This document shows, piece by piece, positions 14,949-26,392 of a stretch of 64,000 bases of DNA (the stretch's first letter is position 1; every line of letters begins with the position of its first letter). Source of the DNA: Antechinus flavipes. Lineage: Eukaryota. Location of the stretch: NCBI RefSeq assembly GCF_016432865.1, contig NC_067400.1, positions 556,140,001 to 556,204,000 on the forward strand. The letters are read 5' to 3'. The notes beneath the pieces were generated by a model, which saw nothing but the letters and a program-made list of their open reading frames with translations, searched no databases and had not been told where the DNA came from. Position numbers and translations under genes: made by a program.

Positions 14949-15651
14949 TTACTCTTTATTTGTCTTCATAGCCTCAGTCTCCATAGCTTTGTCTATCATT
15001 TCATTATACAGTAGGAGCTTCATGAGCTTGGTGGGTTTTAAATTCTTGTCCAACTCATATTTAATGGGATGCCAATGGGCTGATTCAGCTGTGAGATGAC
15101 TTCTTCAGGACTGATATTCACCGGAAGATTACTGCTCGGAATTTCATCCAAAACACATTTTCTCTGCTTGTTTTGAATGGCCCTTTCCTTACTTCAGAAG
15201 GATGGAAGTACTATGCTGTGTTTCAGACTCTTGCTGGGCCATAGATGCTGACCACTCAGGTCCTTGTAGTGATGTGTTTGCAGTGGTGTTGCTACATAAT
15301 GCATAGTTATCATTTACCCTACAGGTCATGAAACATGGGCCAATGTCACATTCAATAATAACTCCTCATTTTTGGCATCCATTTCTCTTTTTTTGATGTG
15401 TGTCAAACACTCCTAGTGTTGTCCACTACATACAAAGAATCTGGTAATTTTTACCTAAACTATCCAAAGGGAGGAATTTTCTTTTCTGTGAGAAGATGTC
15501 AAATTCTTTGGCAGCATTTCCAGCCCTTGGTCACTATATTTTATTTCCTCATGTTTAGGACAAGCAAGTCGACATGATAGTTATTACTGAAGTAGTCAAA
15601 ATTCTAAGCATTCTAATTGTCCTGAATCAATATGATATTTTAAATATCCAT
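14949..15651 (-). pseudogene. PGAM1: PGAM1 processed pseudogene, copy 1 (decayed)
   Basis: Minus-strand translation from gccATGG at 15651 with frameshifts: HEEIK..Q.L..A.KEFDI (PGAM1 [20 protein letters not shown]), HYKDLSGQHLWPSKSLKHSI ([20 protein letters not shown]), [32 protein letters not shown]..KAME ([33 protein letters not shown]..KAME). No introns; many stops. Confidence 0.88.
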
Positions 15652-15824
15652 GGCGAAGATGGAAGAACCCCTTCCATCAGGAAAAATGTTGTAGATTGGA
15701 AAGCTTGTAGACATACAATGAGATTCAAGAGAATTTTCTGGAAATTTTGAGACACTAAAGATAATCTCATTTCTAATTCTTGTTTGGGACTTTGATGATT
15801 TCAGAAGAAATTTTTGTTAACTTG

Positions 15825-15847
15825 ACATCTTCTTGATTTTTTTAAAG
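15825..15847 (+). promoter_or_regulatory. Splice acceptor upstream of the OR52 coding exon
   Basis: tcttcttgatttttttaaag|gttca; equivalent AG at 48626-48627 and 60693-60694, about 40 nt before each ATG. Confidence 0.65.
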
Positions 15848-15889
15848 GTTCAGAAAAAAGCTATTGTCTTGCACATTGGCTGTTAAAAC

Positions 15890-16834
15890 ATGTCACTCTC
15901 TAACAGGACCAATCTTCATCCCTCTACTTTCATCCTCATTGGAATCCCAGGATTGGAGAATGCTCACCTTTGGATCTCCATCCCCTTCTGCCTGGTATAC
16001 ATGGTGGCTCTCCTGGGAAACTTTGCTTTATTATTCATCATTAAGACTGACCCAAGTCTTCATGAGCCCATGTACCTCTTTCTTTGCATGCTGGCTGTAG
16101 CAGATCTGATCATGTCTACAGTTTCAATTCCCAAGCTTCTCAGCCTCTTCTGGTTCAAAGACAGAGAAATCCGATTCGAAGGTTGTCTGATACAATTGTT
16201 TTTGATCCACTCCTGCTCCGTAATGGAATCTGGTTTCTTTCTGGCTATGGCCTTTGACCGCTATGTGGCCATATGTAAACCCCTTAGACACTCAGCAATC
16301 CTGACCCACACAGTCATTGGAAGCTTGGGGTTGGCTATTTTCTTCCGTGCAACTGTGTTAATAAGTTCCTACCCCTTTCTACTGAGGTGGCTTCCCTACT
16401 GCAAGACAAATATCATCTCCCATACCTACTGTGAATTTATGGCTTTGATCAAACTGGCCTGTGCTGAGACCAAAATACATAGAGTTTATGGCCTCATTGT
16501 TGCATTCCTTACTGGAGGACTGGATTTCATATTAATCATCTGCTCCTACATTCTCATTCTCCATGCTGTCTTCCAGCTCCCTTCTAAGGAAGCACGTCTG
16601 AAGACCCTTGGAACCTGTGGATCTCATGTCTGTGTCATATTGGTTTTCTATGTCCCAGCATTCTTCTCATTTCTCACACATAGATTTGGACACAATGTTC
16701 CTCCTCATGTTCATATTTTTGTGGCTAACATTTATTTATTGGTCCCACCTATGGCAAATCCTATTATCTATGGGGTAAAAACAAAGAGAATCCGGGAGAG
16801 AATACTTAAAGTCTTTAATCCCCTAAAGGCTTGA
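15890..16834 (+). CDS. Class I olfactory receptor, OR52 family, intact 314 aa
   Basis: Single-exon 7TM ORF with LHEPMYLFL, MAFDRYVAICKPLRH, SHTYCEFM, KTLGTCGSH, FLTHRFG and NPIIYGVKTK motifs. Confidence 0.95.
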   Translation: MSLSNRTNLHPSTFILIGIPGLENAHLWISIPFCLVYMVALLGNFALLFIIKTDPSLHEPMYLFLCMLAVADLIMSTVSIPKLLSLFWFKDREIRFEGCLIQLFLIHSCSVMESGFFLAMAFDRYVAICKPLRHSAILTHTVIGSLGLAIFFRATVLISSYPFLLRWLPYCKTNIISHTYCEFMALIKLACAETKIHRVYGLIVAFLTGGLDFILIICSYILILHAVFQLPSKEARLKTLGTCGSHVCVILVFYVPAFFSFLTHRFGHNVPPHVHIFVANIYLLVPPMANPIIYGVKTKRIRERILKVFNPLKA

Positions 16835-17639
16835 AGAATCATAAAGCAATAACTTTGTACCCAAACATAACCCTGATTACATATATTAGAGTGATTTCAG
16901 AAGTATGGAAGAAGAAGGTAGGAAGGCAACATTAATATCCCTATGAAAAAATTGTAATCAACAATGGAGAATACAATGGTGGGGGAAAAAAAGATACTTC
17001 TTTTCCCCCCTTTGTTGGAGGAAAACCAAAAATGGACAAATCTAGTTATATGCCCCTTTATATGCCCCTTTTCTGTTGCTAGAGCATATAGCTCCTTGGA
17101 TCAATGGAAATCTTTTTGACAGAAGAATCTTTTTTACAGAAACCCACTGGAGAAATCAATATTCTGGGGGAGCAAATTGGCAGAAAAAAAACTGATTCCT
17201 CAATTCAAAATACATAGTTCTGTATTTTATGGGAATACTACTGATAACTATGCTTTTGCCAAAAGATTTCTAATTGTAATTCTATGGTTAGATAAAATAT
17301 TTAATTATATTGATCTCTTTCCCACATGCTAGATGCACAAGTGAGCAATGGGAGATATGAGGAAGGGGGAAAAGTCACCCAGAGGCAGTCTTTGATTCAG
17401 TTCTGGGGATATCTTCTTGTCCGAGATGTTAGCTTTTACCCTACCTCCATCTCAGTGGTGGTGATAATATGGAGATAAAATGGTGATTTTAGAAATGATG
17501 ATAGGAAGGAATTTGTGGCCAAAGAAGAACTTTAGTACATTATGGAATTAGAAGTACAAAATGGGTAATTTTGATTATATTAAATTAATTTTTTTTAACA
17601 AACAAAACCAATGCAGACAAACTTAGAAGGGAAGTAGTA

Positions 17640-18470
17640 AACTGGGGGAAAATCTTTACACCTAAGGGTTCTGATAAAGGCCTCATGTCTAAAATATATA
17701 GAGAATTGACTCAAATTTATAAGAATACAAGCCATTCTCCAATTGACAAATGGTAAAAAAAAGACATGAACATACAATTTTCAGATGAAATTAAAACTAC
17801 TTCTAATCATATGAAAAAAATGCTCTAAATTACTATTGGTCAGAAGATAATGATGACTATTAGAAGGGATGTTGTAAAAACTGGGACACTACTACATTAT
17901 TGGTGGAGTTGTGAACTGATTCAACCATTCTGGAGAGCAATGTGGAACTATGTCCAAAGGGCTATCAAACTGTGCATACCATTTGATCCATCAATGTCTG
18001 TACTATGTCTGTATTCCAAAGAAATCATAAAAAAACAGAAAAGTATCCACATGTGCAAAAATGTTTGTAGCAGCCCTTTTTATAATGGCAAAGAACTGGA
18101 AATTGAGTGAATTACCCATCAGTTGGAGAATGGCTGAAAAAGTTAGAGCATAAGAACATTATGGGATATTAGTATTATAAAAGAAATGATCAGGAGAATG
18201 ATTTCAGAAGGTGTAAGGGACCAAGTGAAATGAGTAAAACCAAGAGAACATTGTACAGCACAATAACAGGATTACACAATGATCAGATCTGATGGATGTA
18301 GCTCTTTCCATCAGTGAGGTGATTTAAGTCAATTCCAATGGTTCTATGATGGAGAGAGCCATCTATCCCCAGACAGGATTATGGGGATTAAGTATGGATC
18401 AAAATATAGTATTTTCATTCTTTTGTTGTTGTTTGCTTGCATTTTGTTTTTTTTAATTTTTGATGTGATT
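17640..18470 (+). mobile_element. L1 ORF2 C-terminus and 3'UTR
   Basis: ORF 17850-18110 KTGTLLHYWWSCELIQPFWRAMWNYVQRAIKLCIPFDP matches the L1 ORF2 Cys-rich C-terminal region. Confidence 0.88.
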
Positions 18471-18479
18471 TTTCTTTTC

Positions 18480-18640
18480 TTTTTATTTTTATTAAAGTTT
18501 TTTTATTTACAAATCATATGCATAGGTAATTTTTCCAACATTTACCTTTGCATAAGCTTTTTGTTGCAAATTTTCCCCTTCTTTCCCCTACCCCCAACCC
18601 TAGCTGACAGGTAGTCCAATACATGTTAAATATGTTGATC
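18480..18640 (-). mobile_element. L1 3' terminus fragment (antisense)
   Basis: T-tail then caaatcatatgcataggtaatttttccaaca. Confidence 0.7.
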
Positions 18641-19109
18641 GTTATAGGATTGTATTTCTAAGTTTGCAGATTCTGAATCTATGTGCCATAACATGTTGCT
18701 TTTCAATTCAATGTAATAAAAGTAACAAAAATGGGGATTTGACAATCATGTTGGTGATTTTGAAAATAGAAGTGATGATGTTTTTGGCTTTGTTGATATA
18801 GATCAAGGGAGTGATTAAAATAATGTGATGGCAAAGACTTTATACAAACACCCAAACTGTGCATTCTTATACTCTAATAGACCTATGTTCGCATCAATGA
18901 GTATTTTCTCTACAAGGTAGTCTGCCCATTAGTGTAAATACCCCTTTTCTTATTGTCTTTTTGGTGGTCTAGAACTATATTTCTTCAGAAATCGTTTGTT
19001 CCTTAATTCACTGCCATACAGAATCACTGGAAGAAAATTGCTATTATAAAAAATAATTTTTGTTTAAACATTAAATGTTGTCATTAAGAAAAAATAAAAC
19101 AGTAAGAGT

Positions 19110-19830
19110 TTCATTGTTAAAATATATAAAGAACTGAGTCAAATTTATAAAACTACATCATTCCTCAATTGAGAAATGGTCAAAGAATATGAACAGATAA
19201 TTTTCAGATGATGAAATTAAAGCTATCTATAGTCATAGGAAAAAATGTTCTAAATCACTATTGATTAGAGAAATGCAAATTAAAACAACTCTGAAATACC
19301 ACTTCATACCTCTCAGATTGGCTAAGATGACAGGAAAAGATAACGATAAATGGGCAAATCTATCTAATGATAGATGCCCATTAATTGGGAAATGTCTGAA
19401 CAAGTTGTGGTACATGAAGGTAATGGAATATTATTGTTCTATTTTTAAAAAATTATGAACAAGATGATTTTAGAAAGTCCTGGAGATATTTACATGAACT
19501 AATGCTGAGTGAAACCAGCAGAACCAGGAATACATTATATACAATAACAGCAAAAAGGTACAATGATCAACTATTAAAGATTTGGTTCTTCTCAGTGGTT
19601 CAGTGATTCAAAGCCATCCCAATAGACTTTGGACAAAAAATTTCATCTGCAAACAGAAAAAGAACTAAAGAGACTAAATGTAAATCAACACATGCCATGT
19701 TCATTTCTTTTTTTTTTCTTTTTTTATCTCTCTTGTATTTTTCCCCTTTACTCTGATTTTCCTCTTCCAACATGATTCATAAAGCAATATGTGTTCTAAT
19801 AAACAAACAAACAAATTTTAAAAATAGGAT
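19110..19830 (+). mobile_element. L1 ORF2 3' fragment with internal deletion
   Basis: ORF 19261-19458 IREMQIKTTLKYHFIPLRLAKMTGKDNDK is L1 ORF2; jumps to 3'UTR sequence. Confidence 0.85.
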
Positions 19831-21169
19831 CTTAACCTTTAAAAAAAAGAAAAAACAAAACACAACACTTGTATTTCTAAAAATCAGTCTAGCCAATTCT
19901 CTTTTTCCTGGTTCTTTCTAAACCTCTTTCCTAATATATATGATTTTTAGTATAAATGCACGTATAAATATATGTAAAGGTATATAGTATTCATGCATGA
20001 ATATATACAGCATATATGCAAATATATGCATATACATACATACATAAACATATATATGTGCATATATAATCTCTAAAAATAGTCCAATTAACTGCAATAG
20101 AGTAAATAATATTCACTTTTCATGCAAATTAAAAAATTACTTTATTTGTGATTAATAGAATTTTCACAAGATAGTACAATAAAAAGATGATTGCAAATGA
20201 AACTGAAAATCTACTATGTACAACTTGCTATTCCTTTCAAATATACAACAAAATTATGACATAAATTTCTCTTTTTCTTTCCTCCTTCTCCCTCTCCCTA
20301 GAGACAGCTACCATTAGACACAAATAGTGTGTGTATGTATGTATGTATGTATATGTGTATATGTTTATATAAAGTTATTTTATTCATCTATTTATCAGTT
20401 CTTTCTTTGGATACAGATGCTTGCATGGTAGTTCACTGTAACATTATTATCCTCCCTTTATAGATATGGAAACTAAAGTATGGATGTAAAAGAACTTATT
20501 CAAAAGAGTAAAGTCAATAATAAGAAGATTACCCAAAAGCACAAAGCTAAGAAATCAAGTCTTCTAAGCTCCAACACTAGTGTTCTATTTATTACATTTT
20601 CTATTATCTCTCCCTGGTGTAGGATATTCATGAAAGACTACTACATGTGGTATGAGGTCTGCCAAGCCCTTTACAAAGTTACTTTCCACTTTTGGTGTCC
20701 ACCTGACCCATTTAACTCTCACCTGTGGCTCTAAGAGGCTGTAGCATGCACAGTGGCCATACCTGAGGAAATCATTTCAGCAGTCAGGATAAACCAGGTT
20801 GAGGGTAACCAAAGGGTGTCAAACCCTACAGTGAATTAGGGGGATGCATGCAAAGACTGGGGAGAGAGCAATTTGTTGCAACAACCATGTAGGTAGGTAA
20901 AGCAGGGCTTGTTGTGGAGGGTTTAGAGGTTGATTAGACATCGAAGACCCCAAGGTCATTCAGTGTATCTTGAAACATCACCAGTCATCTTGATAGCATC
21001 CTGCCACTGGGCAATGGTGGCTTTAGAAAAGAAAGTGAAAATGATAATTTTGTGCAACTCGGCCTCACTTAAATCCAATTTATGCATGGATCAAAAAACA
21101 TCACTATATTTTTTTTTTCTTTGTGTATCATCCACTTTATTTCTTGTTTTGTTTTATTGCATTAGGGAC

Positions 21170-21350
21170 ATCAGCTTTTTTAAAAATAATTATAACTTTT
21201 TATTGACAGACCCCATGCCTGGGTAATTTTTTACAACATTATCCCTTGCACTCACTTCTGTTCTGACTTTTCCCTTCCCTCCCTCCACCCCCTCCCCCAG
21301 ATGGCAAGCAGTTCTTTACATGTTAAATATGGCACAGTATATCCTAGATA
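21170..21350 (-). mobile_element. Young L1 3' terminus inserted in the RTE 5' region
   Basis: tttattgacagaccccatgcctgggtaattttttacaacattatcccttgcactcacttctg, closely matching 37965-38255 and the reverse complement of 44429-44582. Confidence 0.8.
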
Positions 21351-22840
21351 CCACCATATCATTTTACCATTTGTACCACTTTCAAAGCCCTATGACAATA
21401 TATAAGTGATAAAAAGTAAAATGAGCAGGCCAGGCCAGAGGGTTGTCTTCTCACTGGAAGCATCAGTGGGATTCAGCAGTCTCCTAAGTGTCTGTCTACT
21501 ACATGTGGTATGAGGTCTGCCTCATTTTTTTTTAAGATCACACAATTCACTTCCATGTGTAAGGAAGGGACTTGAAAAGATGCCTTAAAAATTGTCTGAT
21601 TATCCAACTCTTGCCTGATTACCATGGCAGAGAGGGATCCCACTCTGCCATGGAAATGCTAAAAAATGTACAAAAGCTGATTCTTCTCATCCTTGATAGA
21701 CTGCATATGCATACACTTATAGACAACACAAAATCTAGTAGACATGAAAGAGGAACAGCTCTTATTGTGAGAGAAATAAACAGATACCTCATCCAAATAG
21801 CTGCCTTGAGAGAAACAAGACTGGCAAATGAAATCCAGATAACTGAACTTGGAACTGGATACACATTTTTCTGGAGTTGGAGCTGCAGCTGTGAAAGGGA
21901 GCACCTTGAAGCTGGCATAGGTTTTTCAATAAAAATTAATCTAGTAGACAAGCTCATATGGCTTCCAATTAATGACAGATTCATTACAATGCAATTGCCA
22001 CTTGCAGGAAAATGCCACACCACCACCATCAGTGCTTATGCTCCCACCATGATAAGTCCTGATGAGATCAAAGAGGAATTTTGTGAAGACCCGGAGCCCC
22101 TTGTCATCAATGTGCCAAAAAAGGACAAGATTATAATTCTGTGTGACTTTAATACTAACCTCAGATTACCAGACATGGCAGGGAGTCTTCAAAAAGAATG
22201 GAGTTGGAAACCACAAGAACAATGGTCACTTACTATTGAACACTTGTGCATTTCATAAACTTCTTAGGACCATCACTATATTCTATTTACCTAAATGCAA
22301 TAAAATTACATGAATGCACTCTTGCAGCAAACATTGATATTTAATAAACCATGCAATTGTAAGAAGAGACAGGGTATGAGAGTTAACAAGATAATGTGTG
22401 GTGCAGAGCACTAGACTGATCATAGATTTATCCCCTTGAAGGTAAATATTTGCATTCAACAAAAGCAGTGGATGCAAGGCAAAAAGACCTTTAATTAATA
22501 AGAATTAATTTTAACAGATTAGAGTGCTTATCTTAGAAAGAACTCGCTATCTTGGAGAATAAATTGAGCCAACACACAGTTGGCAACAATGAAGCAGAAA
22601 AGGAGTAGGCAGCTTTTGGAGATTTGATGTACAAAACTGCCTTTGTTCATTTGGGTCAAAACAACTGGGTCACAAACATCAAGACTGGTTTGATGAAAAA
22701 GATGAGGAAATTCAGAAGCTGCTAAATGAAAACTTAGAACTCCACAGAGTGCATCATCAGGATGATTTATCTATACCTTAGAAGGTAGTATTCAATTCCA
22801 TCAAAAGTAAAATACAATACAAACTTAAATGCAAGATTCA

Positions 22841-22991
22841 TTTTTTTATTTTTTTTCCTGAGGCAATAGGGATTAAGTGACTTGCCCAGGGTTACAAGCT
22901 AGGAAGTGTTAAGTGTCAGAGATCAGATTTGAACTCAGGTCCTCCTGACTTCAGGGCTGGTCCTCTATTCATTGCACCACCTAGCTGCCCC
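22841..22991 (-). mobile_element. WSINE1-like tRNA-derived SINE inserted in the RTE
   Basis: T-tail, gaggcaatagggattaagtgacttgcccaggg ... gcaccacctagctgcccc; degenerate flanking repeat atgcaagattc/atgtgagattc. Confidence 0.85.
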
Positions 22992-25900
22992 TAGATGTGA
23001 GATTCTTGGCTCAGTAAAAAGACAGATGAAATTCAGTTTTATGCTTATAGCAAAAATTCAAAGCATTTCTATGATGCTTCTTATGCCTATTTATGGGCCA
23101 AAGACCTTTGGTGCATCTCAACTATTCAATGTTGATGATACCTACTTAATAGTGATAAAGATATGATCCTGGACAGATGGGCTAAATACTTTCATAATGT
23201 TTTCAATAGATCATCATCAATCAATGCTGAAGCTATTGACTGTTTACCTCAAGTTGAAATCAATCATTCCCCAGCTGAAGTCCCAACTGAAGAAGAGATT
23301 TTGAGTGTCATTAGGCCACTTTCATGTAGTAAAGCTCTTGATGTTGATTTTATCCAGATGAGATTTAAAAGTTGGGGTATCTATTGCTCATACAAAAGCT
23401 GATTGAATTTTCCAGATTATATGGCAAAAGGAAGTTATGCCCCAGGAGTTCAAGGATGCGTCTATTGTCTATAAAGGTAAAAGGAATCGATTTTCCTGTG
23501 ACAATCACAGTGTAGTCTCATTACTGGCAATATTTTTGCCAGAGTCCTCCTTAATAGGCTGAACTTATACCTGGAAAAAGGTTGTCTACCTGAGAGCCAG
23601 TGTGACTTCAGAAACTGATATGGTATTTACTGCCTGATAGATCCAAAAAAAAAAAACAACATCCCAGAAACAGAAGTCTGTATACAACATTTCTGAATCT
23701 GACCAAGACTTTGATACTGTCAGTTGTGAAGGCTTATGAAAAATTATGTCAAAATTTGATTGCCCCTAGAAGTTCATCAGCATAGTATATCAATTTCATG
23801 ATGACATGGTTTCCCAGATTCTGGACAATGGGTGATGCTCTTGAGTTTTCCAGTCACCAGTGGAGTGAAACAAGGTTGTGTGCTTGTTCACTTGACCCTA
23901 CTGGTCTAGGAAATTCTGTAAAACCATAAATAGCAAAGAAGGTAGGGACCTGTCTCAAAAAAAGGAAATTATCTTAAAGAGAGTTTATCAATGTAAGCAC
24001 AAATCTAGTTTCTATTCATGATGGTTGAACAGTTTCAATTAGATGTGAAATGATGGATAGGACAACTTTAATACACTATAGCGTAAAAGTTGATTCCTCC
24101 ATGAATCTAATAATTATTAACAATATCAATAGTTAATGATTAGAAGATTAAGGATAGAATGGTATTACTTTCAACACAAACATACTTTTATAAATTATTC
24201 AACCCAAATCAAGACTTCACGAGAGCAGGACTCTACAACTTTTTGAGGCAATACATTCATAGCTTCAATTTTTACAAAGCAAAAATATTATTTATTATTT
24301 TTTTATTCAAAACTAAATAAAAAAGAGTAAAAGAAAGGCAGAAAAAATGAAAATTAAAAAATGAAATAAACAAGCAAACAAATAAACACAATCATGTGCC
24401 AAGCAGAACATCGTGGAGGATTCAAGCTATATGATGATGAATTTCCATTTCAATAAAGCATATAAATTAATAATGTCATTATATTCATGACTCTCCATCT
24501 TTTCTTTGCTTCCTTATATTTTTATTCTCTGCTGTGTACTTTTTACTTTATTTTCCCCCCTAATATCCTATTACTGTGGAAAAAATGTGTTCTTGTTGGT
24601 CAGTCAGCAATGAGGTCAAAACCTTGCTGGTGACTTGTTCTGGGAATGAGGCAGCTTGGGTCATACCTTCCTGTGCTGCACTGACTGCCCATTTGTGTAG
24701 GGGTCTGTTGGCTTTCAGAAACTTGAGGTCATGCTGGTGGATTGTCCCAAGCTTGGAGCTACTCTACAGGCTCCCTGATATGAGTCTGGCTGCTGCTACT
24801 ATTCTTAGATCTCACTCCCCTCTGACTCCAGTGAAACATGTCTTTTCTGCCCAGCTGGCAAACTGTTTCCCTGCTCTAAGATTCATTCTGAGATGATTTT
24901 TAAAAATTGTTTGGAGGCGTATTTGGGTGGACTTCAGAAAGTCCCGTCCTCAGTCTGCCATCTTAGCTCCTGAAGTCGTAAGACTTTTTCTTGTTATCTC
25001 CTGTAAGTATCTTTTATTTTCTAATCAGTGCCGCTTTCATGTGACGTCTATTGAGTTGTAGAAAAGACATTGTCTTTAGTACTTTTATGACCCCATATTG
25101 TTAGTTGAGCTCTTTTTAATATTTTTTTCTTCAGTGAGTCAAGTTGTTTGTTGACTCAACTACATAGGAACTACCTCTTTTAGCAATGCTCTCCAGAGTA
25201 TGGAACTTCAAAACCAGATTGCAAATTAGCTAACTTGACTCATTAGAATTTGTTCAAAAGGAATGAAACATTTGCTCTGGGCCAGGGCCTGAGGGGCTTG
25301 CATATCTTATAAAGAATAAGGGCTTTCTAACTATGTTTGCCAACATCAATAACCTTTTTGCATTTATTTTTAGACATCTGACTCATTTTAGGTATTTAAA
25401 AATTGAACAACACAGATTTTAGATATGAGTAGGATGCTTTTTTGCCTGGGAAAGAATCTTCCAAACTATGTGGTGTATTAGTCTCAATGTTCCAATCAAG
25501 CCATGGTCATGACAGGGGCCAATCAATATAACTTTTCTTCAGAATAAGGAGGAGAGGATGAAGGCACTTTAAGATAGTTAACAAGGTGTGATAAAGAGTT
25601 TTATAATAATAGGGCACCTAGATATTTGTCAGACTGTCATTCAAAAGTCAACTCCTTCAGGAAACTTTCCCAGATTATGTGCCCAGGAAATAATAGACAC
25701 AATATATTTTTATCATTTATGCATTTATTTGTTCCTCTTGACTGACAATTTTCACTATTCTAAGTTTATTCAAAATCTAAATACAATAATTTCATGTGTT
25801 TGTGTAGTTTTAAACAATATAGACAGCAGAGTAGGCAAAATGCTGATTGGTTCCTATATCTGACACAAACTTTGTGAGTGACCCTGGGCAAGACACAGAA

Positions 25901-26392
25901 TCTCTCATTTTTACCAGATAACTCTCTAACACTGTTAAGTTGCAGAGTAGGTACAAATCTATTGTTGGTATAAATATTTACTTAATGGGGGTTTCCTGTA
26001 TCAATGGAATCAAAAAGCTGTGTTTTTTAAGTACTTATAATTGGTCATACTCCTTTGTATGGAAATCTTATTTTTACCACCCGATCAAGGGGCATTTCTC
26101 TTGTATTACACTATAAATTCTTTAACGTAGGGAGGGAATGCCTCTCCCACTAGAATAAAGAGGTGTATCTCTTTAAAAAGCTCAGAAATTCATATAAAAC
26201 TAGGGAATTATGTCTCCTAAATCAGATGAAGATCTGCAGAAATAGGGCCATGTCACCTCCACAAATTATGTGGAGAAGAAGAGAAGAAATTATACCTTTC
26301 CCATCAGATATGAGTGATGATCTCTGTCTTGCAAAAGGAGACATTTCCTTCTGTATTATGTAGCACCTTTGCTCCTGCCCAGCCCTATCTCC

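Larger units (their letters stand above)
8580..20100 (+). repeat. OR52 duplication cassette copy 1 (promoter-like block, PGAM1 retrocopy, OR52 exon, 3' flank)
   Basis: Collinear homology by eye with 43500-51050 and 55870-63600 in both upstream and downstream non-coding blocks. Confidence 0.8.
20640..23890 (+). mobile_element. RTE-1 clade LINE (5'UTR, APE endonuclease, RT N-half), degraded, 3' end missing, interrupted by an L1 fragment and a SINE
   Basis: ORF 21572-22258 RHERGTALIVREINRYLIQIAALRETRL..GYTFFW..SAYAPT..IILCDFN (APE); 23163-23402 LDRWAKYFHNVFNRSSSI; FPVTSGVKQGCVL near 23850-23885. Confidence 0.88.

Noticed and set aside
21572-23890. BovB (horizontally transferred RTE) assignment
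   Set aside because: The N-terminal ERxTALxxRExxRY..IAAL.ETRL signature is of the RTE-1 type rather than the BovB type as I recall it; the element is old and degraded.
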